Source of the DNA: a bacterium
GTDB lineage: Bacteria; UBA8248
Reading direction: 5' to 3'
DNA: 64,000 nt
Assembly (NCBI GenBank): GCA_965204535.1
Contig: CBDBEV010000001.1
Location: 2,854,777-2,918,776, forward strand
The stretch's first letter is position 1. Every line of letters starts with the position of its first letter. Below the pieces are notes generated by a model, which was not told the DNA's origin, did no database searches, and saw only the letters and a program-made list of their open reading frames with translations. The translations under genes and the position numbers were made by a program. Below, piece after piece: positions 55,408-64,000 of the stretch.

Positions 55408-56393
55408 ACCTGCTGCGAAGGGACTTATCCTCCGGCCAGGCGGCGGGCGCTTATCTGTTTTACGGCCCCGACGGGGTCGGCAAGGCGAGCGCTGCGCGCC
55501 TGTTCGCCCAGGCCCTCCAATGCACGGGCGATGCGCCGCCGTGCGGAAGCTGTGCGGCGTGCGAGAAGGTGCGCGCGAACGTACACCCCGACGTCGTCTC
55601 CATCGGCCCCGTCGCGGGGTCTCGCTCCATCAAGGCGGAGTCGGTCCGAGAGGAAGTGATCTGGCGCGCCCACCAGCGTCCCAACGAGGGGATGCGGCAG
55701 GTCTTCATCATCGAAGACGCCCATCTGCTGACGCGAGTGAGCCAGAACGTCCTGCTCAAGACGCTGGAGGAGCCTGGCGCAGACACGGTATTGATACTGG
55801 TGACGCCGAACCTCCACACCCTGCTGCCGACGATCGTCTCGCGTTGCCGGAGGCTCAGGTTCCAGGCTCTGGCGCGGGCGGATATGGCCGCCATTCTGGA
55901 GGAGTGCCTCGGTGACGACGACGCCGACGTGGACAAACTCGTCTCCCTCAGCATGGGAAGACTGGGCGTCGCGGTGTCTTCCGACGTCGAGGCCCTCTCC
56001 GAGCGCAGGGAGGAGGCGATGAGGTTCCTGGAGGAGTTGAGCGCGCCGGCGGGCCGGGCGGACGAGGTGACCCTCATCACGCTCGCCTCCGAGCGGGCGG
56101 GCAGCGGGGCAACTGGCAGAAATGAAACAATTCTCTTTTTGGAAATGCTTCGGGGGCTGCTTCGCGATATACTCATCACCCAGGAAGCGCCCGAGGCGAT
56201 AGATTTGTGGCACACGGACATTCGGGCGGCGTTGGCCGCCATGGGAGAGCGCTGGGGGAGCGCAGGCTTGACCCGTGCCCTCGAGAGGGTGGGAGAGGCC
56301 ATGCGCGACGTGGACGGCGGGAACACCAACCCGTCCCTGACGCTCGAGACTTTGGTATATTCCCTGCGGGAGACGGTCCCCGCCGGGGTTTGA
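55368..56393 (+). CDS. holB: DNA polymerase III delta' subunit
   Basis: 'AYLFYGPDGVGK', Zn module 'CGSCAACEKV' and 'LLKTLEEP'. The conserved tmk-holB order is present. Confidence 0.85.
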   Translation: MGWESIRGQDAALDLLRRDLSSGQAAGAYLFYGPDGVGKASAARLFAQALQCTGDAPPCGSCAACEKVRANVHPDVVSIGPVAGSRSIKAESVREEVIWRAHQRPNEGMRQVFIIEDAHLLTRVSQNVLLKTLEEPGADTVLILVTPNLHTLLPTIVSRCRRLRFQALARADMAAILEECLGDDDADVDKLVSLSMGRLGVAVSSDVEALSERREEAMRFLEELSAPAGRADEVTLITLASERAGSGATGRNETILFLEMLRGLLRDILITQEAPEAIDLWHTDIRAALAAMGERWGSAGLTRALERVGEAMRDVDGGNTNPSLTLETLVYSLRETVPAGV

Positions 56394-56402
56394 GGTGAAC
56401 GA

Positions 56403-57341
56403 ATGAGTGAAACAACCAATGGCGGCGCGGCCCTCGAGGCGCCGCCCGAGCCGCGCAAGATCGGCGTGGTCGGGGTCAAGACGCGCTTCGGCGCACGGCC
56501 GCTTCATCACACCTACGGGGAACTCAGGCTTCGGGTCGGCATGAAGGTGATGGTCAAGACCAGGGACGGGGATACGGAGTTCGGCGAGATATCCGAAAAC
56601 CCCCGGGTCATGGATTCGCGCTATTTTCCCGATCCGCTGCCCGAGGTGTTGCGGTTGGCCACCGAAGATGACGATAAAAAGGTGGCCCGCAACGAGGCGA
56701 ATGAGAAGAGCGCCTATGATTTTTGCCGCATGAAGATATCCGAGCTCAAACTCCCCATGCGCCTCATCGAGGTTCGCTACATTCACTCGAACAAGAAGGC
56801 GACGTTTTATTTCTCCTCCGACGGCCGCGTGGATTTCCGCAAGCTGGTGCGGGTGCTCGCCGAGCGCCTCTCGGTTCGCGTGGAGATGCGCCAGATCGGA
56901 GTGCGCGACGAGGCGGGCATGAAGGGCGGCTGCGGGGATTGCGGGCGCACCTATTGCTGCAGTTCCTTTCTCAAGTCGTTCGACCCCATTTCGGTCCGCA
57001 TGGCGAAGGATCAGAACCTGAGCTTGAACCCCGTAAAACTCTCCGGCGGCTGCGGGCGGCTCAAGTGCTGCCTGCGCTTCGAACATTCCCACTACGTGTC
57101 GGTGAAGAAGCGATTACCCGCCTGCAAGAAGAAAGTCGGCGGCTGCGACTGCGGCGCGACCGTCGTGCGCCAGGACCTGCTCAAGGAAGAGGTGACTCTC
57201 GCTCTCGAGACGGGAGACTTCATGACGGTTCGCGCGGAGGACTTGATGCGCTTGCCCACAGGCCAGTTTTCTCTTAAAACCGGCGTCCAGAACGATACAT
57301 CCCTCAACGTCTTGCCCAGGGAAAACGGCCCGAAACGATGA
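56403..57341 (+). CDS. ricT: PSP1-domain protein (RicT/YaaT-like)
   Basis: 'KATFYFSSDGRVDFRKLVRVLAERLSVRVEMRQIGVRDEA', 'GGCGDCGRTYCCSSFL' and 'GGCGRLKCCLRFE' are typical of PSP1/RicT. It follows holB, as in many genomes. Confidence 0.8.
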   Translation: MSETTNGGAALEAPPEPRKIGVVGVKTRFGARPLHHTYGELRLRVGMKVMVKTRDGDTEFGEISENPRVMDSRYFPDPLPEVLRLATEDDDKKVARNEANEKSAYDFCRMKISELKLPMRLIEVRYIHSNKKATFYFSSDGRVDFRKLVRVLAERLSVRVEMRQIGVRDEAGMKGGCGDCGRTYCCSSFLKSFDPISVRMAKDQNLSLNPVKLSGGCGRLKCCLRFEHSHYVSVKKRLPACKKKVGGCDCGATVVRQDLLKEEVTLALETGDFMTVRAEDLMRLPTGQFSLKTGVQNDTSLNVLPRENGPKR

Positions 57342-59287
57342 GCAAAAAACCGTTTTACGTCACCACGCCGATATATTACGTCAACGACAAGCCGCACCTC
57401 GGCCATGCCTACACGACGGTGGCCTGCGACGCCAAGGCGCGCTTCCACAGGCTCCGGGGCGAGCCGACGCAGTTTCTCACCGGAACCGACGAGCACGGCC
57501 AGAAACTCGAGCGCGCGGCCCGAGAGGCCGGCATGGACCCCCTCGCGTTCTGCGACATGAACAGCGCGAAATTCCGCGAGCTCTGGGAGAAGCTCGATAT
57601 CTCCTACGACGATTACATCCGCACGACCGAGGAGCGCCACGTCCGCGGGGTGCAGGAGCTTTGGCGGCGCGTGGAGGCCGCGGGCGACATCTACCTGGGC
57701 GCCTACGCGGGCTGGTACGCCGTTCGCGACGAAGCGTTCTACACCGAGAGCGAACTCACCGAAGGCCCCGACGGCGTGAAACTCGCGCCCACGGGGGCCG
57801 AGGTCGAATGGGTGGAGGAGCCGAGTTATTTCTTCCGCCTGAGCAAGTACGCCGAGCCGCTTCTTGCGCATTATGAGAAAAATCCCCAATTCGTTCAGCC
57901 CGAGAGCCGCAGGAACGAGGTGATGAGCTTCGTGCGGGGGGGACTCAAGGACCTGTCGCTCTCGCGTACGAGCTTTCAGTGGGGCATCCCCGTGCCGGGG
58001 GACGAGAAACACGTGATCTACGTGTGGTTCGACGCGCTGAGCAACTACCTGACCGCTCCGGGCTTCGATGAGAGCGGGATGCACGAGGGAAGCTCCTGGC
58101 CGACGGACCAGCACTTCATCGGCAAGGACATCCTGAGGTTCCACGCGGTCTACTGGCCCGCCTTTCTGCTCTCCGCCGGTGTCCCCCTGCCGGGCCAGGT
58201 CTTCAGTCACGGGTGGTGGACGGTCGAGGGCCAGAAGATGTCCAAGAGCCTGGGCAACGCGGTCGACCCGCACTGGCTCATCGAGGAATACGGCGTCGAC
58301 GCCATCCGTTACTTCCTGCTCAAGGAAATCCCCTTCGGGCTGGATGGGGATTTCTCCCACAGCGCGCTGATCGACCGCATCAACAGCGATCTGGCGAACG
58401 ATCTGGGCAACCTGCTCTACCGCACGCTGAACATGGTGAAGCGCTACCGGGATGGCCGCCTCGAGCGCTCCGCGGCGGGCGATACCGAGGCGGAGAACGC
58501 GTTCTGTGAATTCGTCGCCGATGCGGCCGGGAAATACGAGAGCGGCATGGCGGCGACCCACTTCCAGAACGGTCTGAGAGCCGCCTGGGAGGTGATTTCC
58601 TGCGCGAATAAATACATCGACGCGAACGCTCCCTGGACGCTCGCGAAAGAGGGTGAGGAGGCCCGCCTGTGCTCGGTGCTCTGGCACGCCGTGGCGTCGA
58701 TGCGCGTCGTCGCGGCCATGATATCGCCCGTCATGCCCGCCTCGGCGCAGAAGATAGCGGTGCAAATCGGCCTGGCCGAAGACTGGGCGAGTGCGCCTTA
58801 TTCGGAATTGATGGACATGCGGAGGCTGCCGGAGGAGTTGGTGACCAACATCGGCGCTCCCCTTTTCCCGCGCATCGAGGATGAGGCGAAAGAAGCCATA
58901 CAGGAGAAGGTGGCCCGGCGCATCGCGGGCGGCGACGAGGCAGCGCCCGGAGAGGATGCGACAGAACGGATATCTTTCGAGGAATTTCAAAAGATGGATT
59001 TGCGCGTCGCCGAGGTGCTCGAGGCCGAGCGGATACCCAAGTCGAAAAACCTGCTGAAGCTCACCGTCTCTCTCGGCGAGGAACCCCGGACCGTCGTGGC
59101 GGGCATTGCGAAACACTACGCGCCCGAGGATTTGCCGGGCCGCAAGGTGATTCTGGTGGCCAACCTCGAACCCGCCAGGCTGATGGGCGTGGAATCCCAG
59201 GGCATGGTTCTCGCCGCCGAGGACGGGAAGAATCTCCTGCTCGCAGGCGTGGACGAGACGGCAACGCCGGGCGCGCCGATCCGGTAG
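57338..59287 (+). CDS. metG: Methionine--tRNA ligase with a C-terminal tRNA-binding (EMAP/Trbp111-like) domain
   Basis: 'PIYYVNDKPHLGHAY' (HIGH), 'KMSKSLGN' (KMSKS) and a C-terminal 'VAEVLEAERIPKSKNLLKLTV' OB domain. Confidence 0.95.
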   Translation: MSKKPFYVTTPIYYVNDKPHLGHAYTTVACDAKARFHRLRGEPTQFLTGTDEHGQKLERAAREAGMDPLAFCDMNSAKFRELWEKLDISYDDYIRTTEERHVRGVQELWRRVEAAGDIYLGAYAGWYAVRDEAFYTESELTEGPDGVKLAPTGAEVEWVEEPSYFFRLSKYAEPLLAHYEKNPQFVQPESRRNEVMSFVRGGLKDLSLSRTSFQWGIPVPGDEKHVIYVWFDALSNYLTAPGFDESGMHEGSSWPTDQHFIGKDILRFHAVYWPAFLLSAGVPLPGQVFSHGWWTVEGQKMSKSLGNAVDPHWLIEEYGVDAIRYFLLKEIPFGLDGDFSHSALIDRINSDLANDLGNLLYRTLNMVKRYRDGRLERSAAGDTEAENAFCEFVADAAGKYESGMAATHFQNGLRAAWEVISCANKYIDANAPWTLAKEGEEARLCSVLWHAVASMRVVAAMISPVMPASAQKIAVQIGLAEDWASAPYSELMDMRRLPEELVTNIGAPLFPRIEDEAKEAIQEKVARRIAGGDEAAPGEDATERISFEEFQKMDLRVAEVLEAERIPKSKNLLKLTVSLGEEPRTVVAGIAKHYAPEDLPGRKVILVANLEPARLMGVESQGMVLAAEDGKNLLLAGVDETATPGAPIR

Positions 59288-59325
59288 AGACGAGAAGCCC
59301 CGCCCGGGAGATTGGAGTTTGTGGA

Positions 59326-61056
59326 GTGAACGAATCTATGGAATCCGGGCCGGATTCATCCGGCGATAAGGACTCATTCGCGGGTAAGGACAGAAAGGGA
59401 CGCTCCCAGCGCCGCAGAAGAAGACGCGGCCGAAGGGGCGGAAAACGTCCGGAACACAAAGAACGTCAGAATACATCCGGGGCGACCGAACCCGCCGCGC
59501 ACGCGCAAAACGGAGAGAAAACCGCCCAGCGCGCTGAAAACGGTGGTGCGCGCGATAGCGATTCCCGGCGCGGGCGAGGCGGACGCAGGACTAAGAACCG
59601 CTGGCGGCACGAGCGGAGGAAAAAAGCCCGGCCCCAGGTCATCATCGCCGACTTGCCGGATACGAACGGGCTGCCCGTGCTGGTCGATACCCATGCGCAT
59701 CTCATCGACAAGGCGTTCGATCCGGACCGCCAGGGGGCGGTGGAGCGCGCCATCGAGGAGGGGGTGCACTACATCATCTCGATGGGCACCTGCCTGGAAT
59801 CGAGCCGCCGGACCGTCGACCTCGCGGCTTCCTACGCGGGCGTCTACGCGGCGGTCGGCGTGCATCCGAGCGACGTGAGCGGCGTGAACGAGAGAACCAT
59901 CAAGGATATCGCCAAACTCACGGCAGAGCCCAAGGTGGTGGCCGTCGGCGAGATAGGCCTGGACTACTACCGGGAGGGCGCCCCGCGCAAGGCCCAGCGC
60001 AGGTGGTTCCGGGAGCAAATCAGGGTGGCCGTCGATGTGGGCAAGCCCATCATCGTCCATTGCCGCGACTCTGCGGATGACATCTATGAGATTCTGGAGG
60101 AAGAGAGGGCGTGGCGCGCGGGCGGCGTCATCCACTGCTTCACGGGCGATGACGAGCAGGCCCGAAAATTCCTGGACATCGATTTTCACCTGGGTGCGGG
60201 CGGGGCCATCACGTTCTCGCGCTCGGAAGGGTTGAGGGAAGTCTTCGAGCGGGTTCCTGTAGAGCGCGTTCTGCTCGAGACGGACAGCCCCTATCTCGCT
60301 CCCCCGCCGCACCGGGGCAAGCGAAACGAGCCGGCCTACGTCGCGCGCGTGGCGGAGACCCTGGCCGAACTCCACGGGATGACGACGGAGGCGGTGACGC
60401 GCCTCACGACGGAGAACGTGCGCCGCCTGTTCGGGGTAGGGCCGGAGCCTGACGGGGGAAGCGTCGCCTACTCGGTCGGGGAGACGCTCTACCTCAACGT
60501 CACGAACGATTGCCAGAATTCGTGCTTTTTCTGCGGGCTTCTGAGTGATTGCGTCTACAAGGGACACAATCTGAAACTCGCGCAGGAACCCGACGCGGCG
60601 GAGGTGCTCGCCGCCGCCGGCGACCCGTCGCGCTTCACCGAAGTCGTATTCAGCGGATTCGGCGAGCCGACGCTCAGGCTCGACGTGGTGAAAGAGGTGG
60701 CCGGCGAGCTCAAGCGCCGCGGCGCCCGGCGGATCCGCCTGGTGACGAACGGGCTCGCCAACAAGACGCACGAGAGAAACATTCTGCCCGAACTCCGCGG
60801 CCTCGTGGACGCGGTATCCATCAGCATGCAGGCGGAAAGCCCCGAAGCCTACGCGAAAATCTGCAAGACCAAGGGCGTGGAAGAACCTTATCCCTCGGTC
60901 AAGGAGTTCGTGAGGTGGTCCAAGAACTACATCCCCGAGGTGGAGGTGACGGCCGTCAAGATGAGCGGCCTCATCGACATCGAAGCGTGCGAGAAGGTGG
61001 CGACAGAAGAGCTGGGCGTGCCCTTCCGCGCGCATGAATATGTGAGGATGGATTAG
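59326..61056 (+). CDS. TatD-family metal-dependent hydrolase fused to a C-terminal radical SAM domain, with an Arg/Lys/Gly-rich N-terminal extension
   Basis: TatD core: 'LVDTHAHL', 'VAVGEIGLDY', 'IVHCRD', 'VIHCFTG' and 'LLETDSPYL'. Then 'LNVTNDCQNSCFFC' (CxxxCxxC) and 'GFGEPTL'. The first 110 codons or so are low-complexity and basic. The real start could instead be GTG near 59677. Confidence 0.75.
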   Translation: MNESMESGPDSSGDKDSFAGKDRKGRSQRRRRRRGRRGGKRPEHKERQNTSGATEPAAHAQNGEKTAQRAENGGARDSDSRRGRGGRRTKNRWRHERRKKARPQVIIADLPDTNGLPVLVDTHAHLIDKAFDPDRQGAVERAIEEGVHYIISMGTCLESSRRTVDLAASYAGVYAAVGVHPSDVSGVNERTIKDIAKLTAEPKVVAVGEIGLDYYREGAPRKAQRRWFREQIRVAVDVGKPIIVHCRDSADDIYEILEEERAWRAGGVIHCFTGDDEQARKFLDIDFHLGAGGAITFSRSEGLREVFERVPVERVLLETDSPYLAPPPHRGKRNEPAYVARVAETLAELHGMTTEAVTRLTTENVRRLFGVGPEPDGGSVAYSVGETLYLNVTNDCQNSCFFCGLLSDCVYKGHNLKLAQEPDAAEVLAAAGDPSRFTEVVFSGFGEPTLRLDVVKEVAGELKRRGARRIRLVTNGLANKTHERNILPELRGLVDAVSISMQAESPEAYAKICKTKGVEEPYPSVKEFVRWSKNYIPEVEVTAVKMSGLIDIEACEKVATEELGVPFRAHEYVRMD

Positions 61057-61082
61057 GGCAATCGCGACCGAGGAGAGAGATT

Positions 61083-61152
61083 GTAGGGGTCGCATAAATG
61101 CGACCCGTGTCACGTCGGTGAAAAATGAGGGACGCATATATGCGTCCCCTAC
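61083..61152. repeat. REP-like palindrome pair
   Basis: GTAGGGGTCGCATAAATGCGACCC...GGGACGCATATATGCGTCCCCTAC. There are no IS-like ends on its flanks. Confidence 0.75.
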
Positions 61153-61323
61153 ACTTGCGTCGACGTGAGCGACGTCTGGATATGTAACCACGCCCCTGGG
61201 AGCCAGCAGGTACAACCCCGCCCCGTTGCGCTAGAATGCCCCCATGAATAACCGACGTTCCCCGGCAAAATTCACAATTCCTTTTGGGCGAAATCTGTTC
61301 GTGTTCCCCCGGGCCAACCCTCG

Positions 61324-62256
61324 ATGAGCAAGCCCTTCTACATCCTCTCGCTCGACGGCGGGGGATCGCTCGGGGTCTACACCCTGGGCGTTCTGGCGGA
61401 AACCGAGCGCATGTTGGGACGCCCATTGCATGAAGTGTTCAATCTTGTCTACGGCGTCAGCACGGGTTCGATCATCGCCACGATGATTGCGCTGGGCGAT
61501 GCGGTCGAGCCGACGATTGCGAACCGCTATTTCGAACTCGCGCCCGACGTGCTGGGGCCCCTGCTCGCGCGCTCCAAAACGAACGCGCTGCAAAGGCACT
61601 CGCAAGCGATATACGGCGAGAGGACTTTCGAGGATTTCAAGATGGACTTAGGCATCCTCGTCACCCACGCGGATCATGACCGCCCCATGGTATTCAAGCG
61701 CACCATCGGCCCATCGCACGGCGATCTCGATAGTTTCTTGTCGGGCGAGGGCATGAAGATATCGGACGCGATACTGGCGTCTTGCGCCGCGCATCCGTTC
61801 CTGAAGCAAAAACGCATCGCCGCGCCCAAAATCGAGGAACGCACGGCGCTCGACGGCGGGTTCACGGCGAACAACCCGGCCCTTTTCGCCATCGCGGACG
61901 CCACCGGGCCGCTCGGAATCCCCCCCGAGGATATCCGGATATTAAGCGTCGGGACGGGCAGTTATCCCGAATCGAGACGCTGGACGCGGCGGATCATCGC
62001 AGGGATCAGGCCGCTCAAGACCTACATGACGCTATCGAGGACGAGTTCGAACACCGTCGATACGCTGCGCGGGATGTTCTTCCCGGACGTCCGTACCCTG
62101 CGCATCAACGACTCCTTCACCGACCGCGCCTATGAGACGGACTTCATGGAGCACGACCCGCGCAAGCTCCGGGCCATATTCGGGCTCGGGCGCAAGTCTT
62201 TCGAGAAAGCGGAGGCCGAGGTGCGGGAGTTTTTTGGGGACGTGCGCTCTGAGTAG
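61324..62256 (+). CDS. Patatin-like phospholipase
   Basis: 'LSLDGGGSLGVY' oxyanion motif, 'GVSTGS' (GxSxG) and 'LDGGFTANNP' (catalytic Asp). Confidence 0.85.
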   Translation: MSKPFYILSLDGGGSLGVYTLGVLAETERMLGRPLHEVFNLVYGVSTGSIIATMIALGDAVEPTIANRYFELAPDVLGPLLARSKTNALQRHSQAIYGERTFEDFKMDLGILVTHADHDRPMVFKRTIGPSHGDLDSFLSGEGMKISDAILASCAAHPFLKQKRIAAPKIEERTALDGGFTANNPALFAIADATGPLGIPPEDIRILSVGTGSYPESRRWTRRIIAGIRPLKTYMTLSRTSSNTVDTLRGMFFPDVRTLRINDSFTDRAYETDFMEHDPRKLRAIFGLGRKSFEKAEAEVREFFGDVRSE

Positions 62257-62273
62257 TGTGAGGTTTTGGTTTT

Positions 62274-62302
62274 GTAGGGGTCAGACATATATGTCTGACT
62301 AC
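62274..62302. repeat. REP-like palindrome variant
   Basis: GTAGGGGTCAGACATATATGTCTGACTAC. Confidence 0.6.
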
Positions 62303-62390
62303 GTGTCCTCCCTTTTTGTTTACCGTCCTGATCGCATTGTATCTATTGTGGCAGGCACACAGGTCCGCCCCTGCTGCCACAAAGACATTG

Positions 62391-62534
62391 CCGTCATTCC
62401 GGCGAATGCCGGAATCCAGGGGTTTTGTCTTTTGTCTTTCTTTTTTTCTCGTCGCTCTATGGATGCGAGGTAATAGAACGCCGCGTATTTTCAACCTACC
62501 CGGTTCTGGATTCCGGCATTCGCCGGAATGACGG
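62391..62534. repeat. Perfect 29-bp inverted repeat pair flanking an 86-bp T-rich spacer; each arm is itself a hairpin
   Basis: CCGTCATTCCGGCGAATGCCGGAATCCAG at 62391-62419 is the exact reverse complement of 62506-62534. Each arm contains an internal stem ATTCCGGC-GAAT-GCCGGAAT. Confidence 0.8.
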
Positions 62535-62586
62535 TGTATTGTATCCGTGGGTCATTTCTACCGAAAAAGGGCAGGATCGCTTTATT

Positions 62587-62611
62587 GGGACAGGTCGCGA
62601 CCTGTCCCTAC
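62587..62611. repeat. Palindromic REP variant
   Basis: GGGACAGGTCGCGACCTGTCCCTAC. Confidence 0.5.
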
Positions 62612-62663
62612 GGTCTACGGGCCCCCTTCCATCCGGCCCCGTTTGGGGTAGAATACCCCCGCT

Positions 62664-64000
62664 ATGGACAGACACTCCTTTCATCCGCTGATCGCGCGCT
62701 GGTTCGCTGAAAAATTCGGGGAGCCGAGCGCTCCCCAGGATGCCGGCTGGCCCGAGATAGCCACCGGGCGCGACACGCTCATCGCGGCGCCCACGGGCAC
62801 CGGCAAGACGCTGGCCGCCTTTCTGTGGTCGCTCGACGGACTGATTCGAGACGCGCTCGCGGGCGCACTCGATGATGAATGCCGCCTCGTCTACATCTCT
62901 CCCTTGAAGGCACTCGGCAACGACATCCAGAAGAACCTGCAGGAGCCATTGAGCGAGATTCGCGCACTCGCGAAGAAAGAGGGCGTGGAGTTGCCGGAGA
63001 TACGCGTGGCGGTGCGCTCCGGCGACACGCCCGCGCGCGAGCGCAGGCTCATGCTTAAAAAACGCCCCCACATCCTCATCACCACGCCCGAGTCGCTCTA
63101 CATCCTCCTGACGGCAGAGCGCAGCCGAAAAGTATTGGAGACCGCGCGCGCCGTCATCGTGGACGAGATACACGCCGTCGCGGGGGACAAGCGCGGCGCG
63201 CACCTGGCGATCTCCTTGGAGCGGCTCGACGCGCTATGCGATACGCGGCTGCAGCGTATCGGGCTCAGCGCCACGCAAAAGCCGATCGGCGAGATAGCGC
63301 GCCTGCTCATCGGCGCGGAAAGGCGAGGGGAGGACGGCGCTCCCGATTGCGCTATCGTGGACGTGGGCCACAAGCGTGAGATGGCGCTCACGGTCGAGGT
63401 GGCCGATCAGGATATCGGCCCCATCGCCTCGCACGAGTACTGGGGGGAAGTGTTCGACCGCATCGCCGCCCACATCGAAAGCCACCGCACGACCATCGTG
63501 TTCGTCCACACGAGGCGGCTGGCGGAGCGCGTCGCCCACCGGCTCACGGAGAGACTCGGCGAGGGGCGGGTGGCGGCGCACCACGGCTCCCTGTCGCGCA
63601 AGATCAGGCTCGACGCCGAAGAGCGGCTGAAATCGGGCGCGCTCTCCGCCATCGTCGCCACGGCGTCCCTGGAACTCGGCATCGACATCGGTCACGTCGA
63701 CCTCGTCTGCCACCTGGGCGCGCCGAGAACGCTCGCCTCCCTGCTCCAGCGCGTGGGGCGCTCGGGCCACTGGAAGGGCGCTATCCCTAAGGGAATCGTC
63801 TTTCCCATGACGCGGGACGAACTGCTGCAAAGCGCCGCCGCGATCCGCTCGGTGAGAGGAGGCGCGCTCGATCTGGTGATCTTCCCCAAGGCGCCGCTCG
63901 ACATCCTCGCCCAGCAGATGGTGGCCGAGGTCGCGGCGCAAGAGGAGATAGGAGAGGAGTCGCTCTGGGCGCTCGTCAGGCGCGCGCAGCCTTATGGAGA
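62664..64000 (+). CDS. lhr: Lhr-type ATP-dependent DEAD/DEAH-box helicase (3' end beyond the window)
   Basis: My own translation from ATG 62664 gives 'MDRHSFHPLIARWFAEKFGEPSAPQ...LIAAPTGTGKTLAAF', then 'YISPLKALGNDIQKNL' and 'VVDEIHAV'. The frame stays open to the window end. Confidence 0.85.
   Translation, partial: MDRHSFHPLIARWFAEKFGEPSAPQDAGWPEIATGRDTLIAAPTGTGKTLAAFLWSLDGLIRDALAGALDDECRLVYISPLKALGNDIQKNLQEPLSEIRALAKKEGVELPEIRVAVRSGDTPARERRLMLKKRPHILITTPESLYILLTAERSRKVLETARAVIVDEIHAVAGDKRGAHLAISLERLDALCDTRLQRIGLSATQKPIGEIARLLIGAERRGEDGAPDCAIVDVGHKREMALTVEVADQDIGPIASHEYWGEVFDRIAAHIESHRTTIVFVHTRRLAERVAHRLTERLGEGRVAAHHGSLSRKIRLDAEERLKSGALSAIVATASLELGIDIGHVDLVCHLGAPRTLASLLQRVGRSGHWKGAIPKGIVFPMTRDELLQSAAAIRSVRGGALDLVIFPKAPLDILAQQMVAEVAAQEEIGEESLWALVRRAQPYG

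Noticed and set aside
59326-59676. Treating the basic N-terminal 117 codons of the TatD-rSAM ORF as certainly translated.
   Set aside because: TatD proteins normally begin right at the 'VDTHAHL' strand, and an in-frame GTG exists there (about 59677). The upstream segment keeps an open frame with reasonable GC3, but it is low-complexity. It is therefore reported as uncertain rather than as a firm domain.

Overview
GC-rich bacterial chromosomal segment, mostly core metabolism and housekeeping genes, with several AT-richer single-gene pockets and unusually repeat-dense intergenic regions. All calls come from reading the supplied translations and the nucleotide sequence by eye; no searches were run.

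Gene content, left to right:
- Cyclase / UbiD decarboxylase / LLM oxidoreductase module.
- An intact IS5/IS1182-like insertion sequence, then a second cyclase and a Zn alcohol dehydrogenase.
- A TPP-riboswitch-controlled thiS-thiG-thiE operon.
- acs, bracketed by two AT-rich orphan genes.
- Tandemly duplicated small membrane proteins.
- recN-nadK, dtd, and a PAC2 protein.
- An 11-gene type II FAS/PKS-like lipid cluster (22.3-32.1 kb).
- glgA-glgC, then assorted oxidoreductases and hydrolases.
- purD-rsmE-prmA-(double hot-dog)-dnaJ-hrcA with a CIRCE operator.
- A sensor kinase / sigma-54 activator pair.
- tmk-holB-ricT-metG, a TatD-radical-SAM fusion, a patatin-like lipase, and the 5' part of an Lhr-type helicase.

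I saw no rRNA, tRNA, CRISPR array, integrase or prophage.

Most interesting observations:
1. The self-contained, translationally coupled lipid cluster. It has three Cys-His-His ketosynthases plus one Cys-less CLF-like partner, two hot-dog dehydratases, KR, a FabL-like ER, its own PPTase, an atypical long ACP and an LpxL-type acyltransferase. It lacks a starter, MCAT or release enzyme.
2. A family of small single-TM proteins with a Met/Glu-rich repeat tail: two tandem copies plus a distant third.
3. A TatD hydrolase fused to a radical SAM domain, with an Arg/Lys-rich N-terminal tail.
4. An IS inserted exactly in the loop of a perfect C8/G8-tract palindrome, plus three MITE-like derivatives that share its terminal repeats and each carry 5-bp target duplications. 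One of them is a four-level nested palindrome.
5. Two AT-rich orphan genes flanking acs, one of them a stand-alone HsdR-N-like PD-(D/E)xK nuclease.
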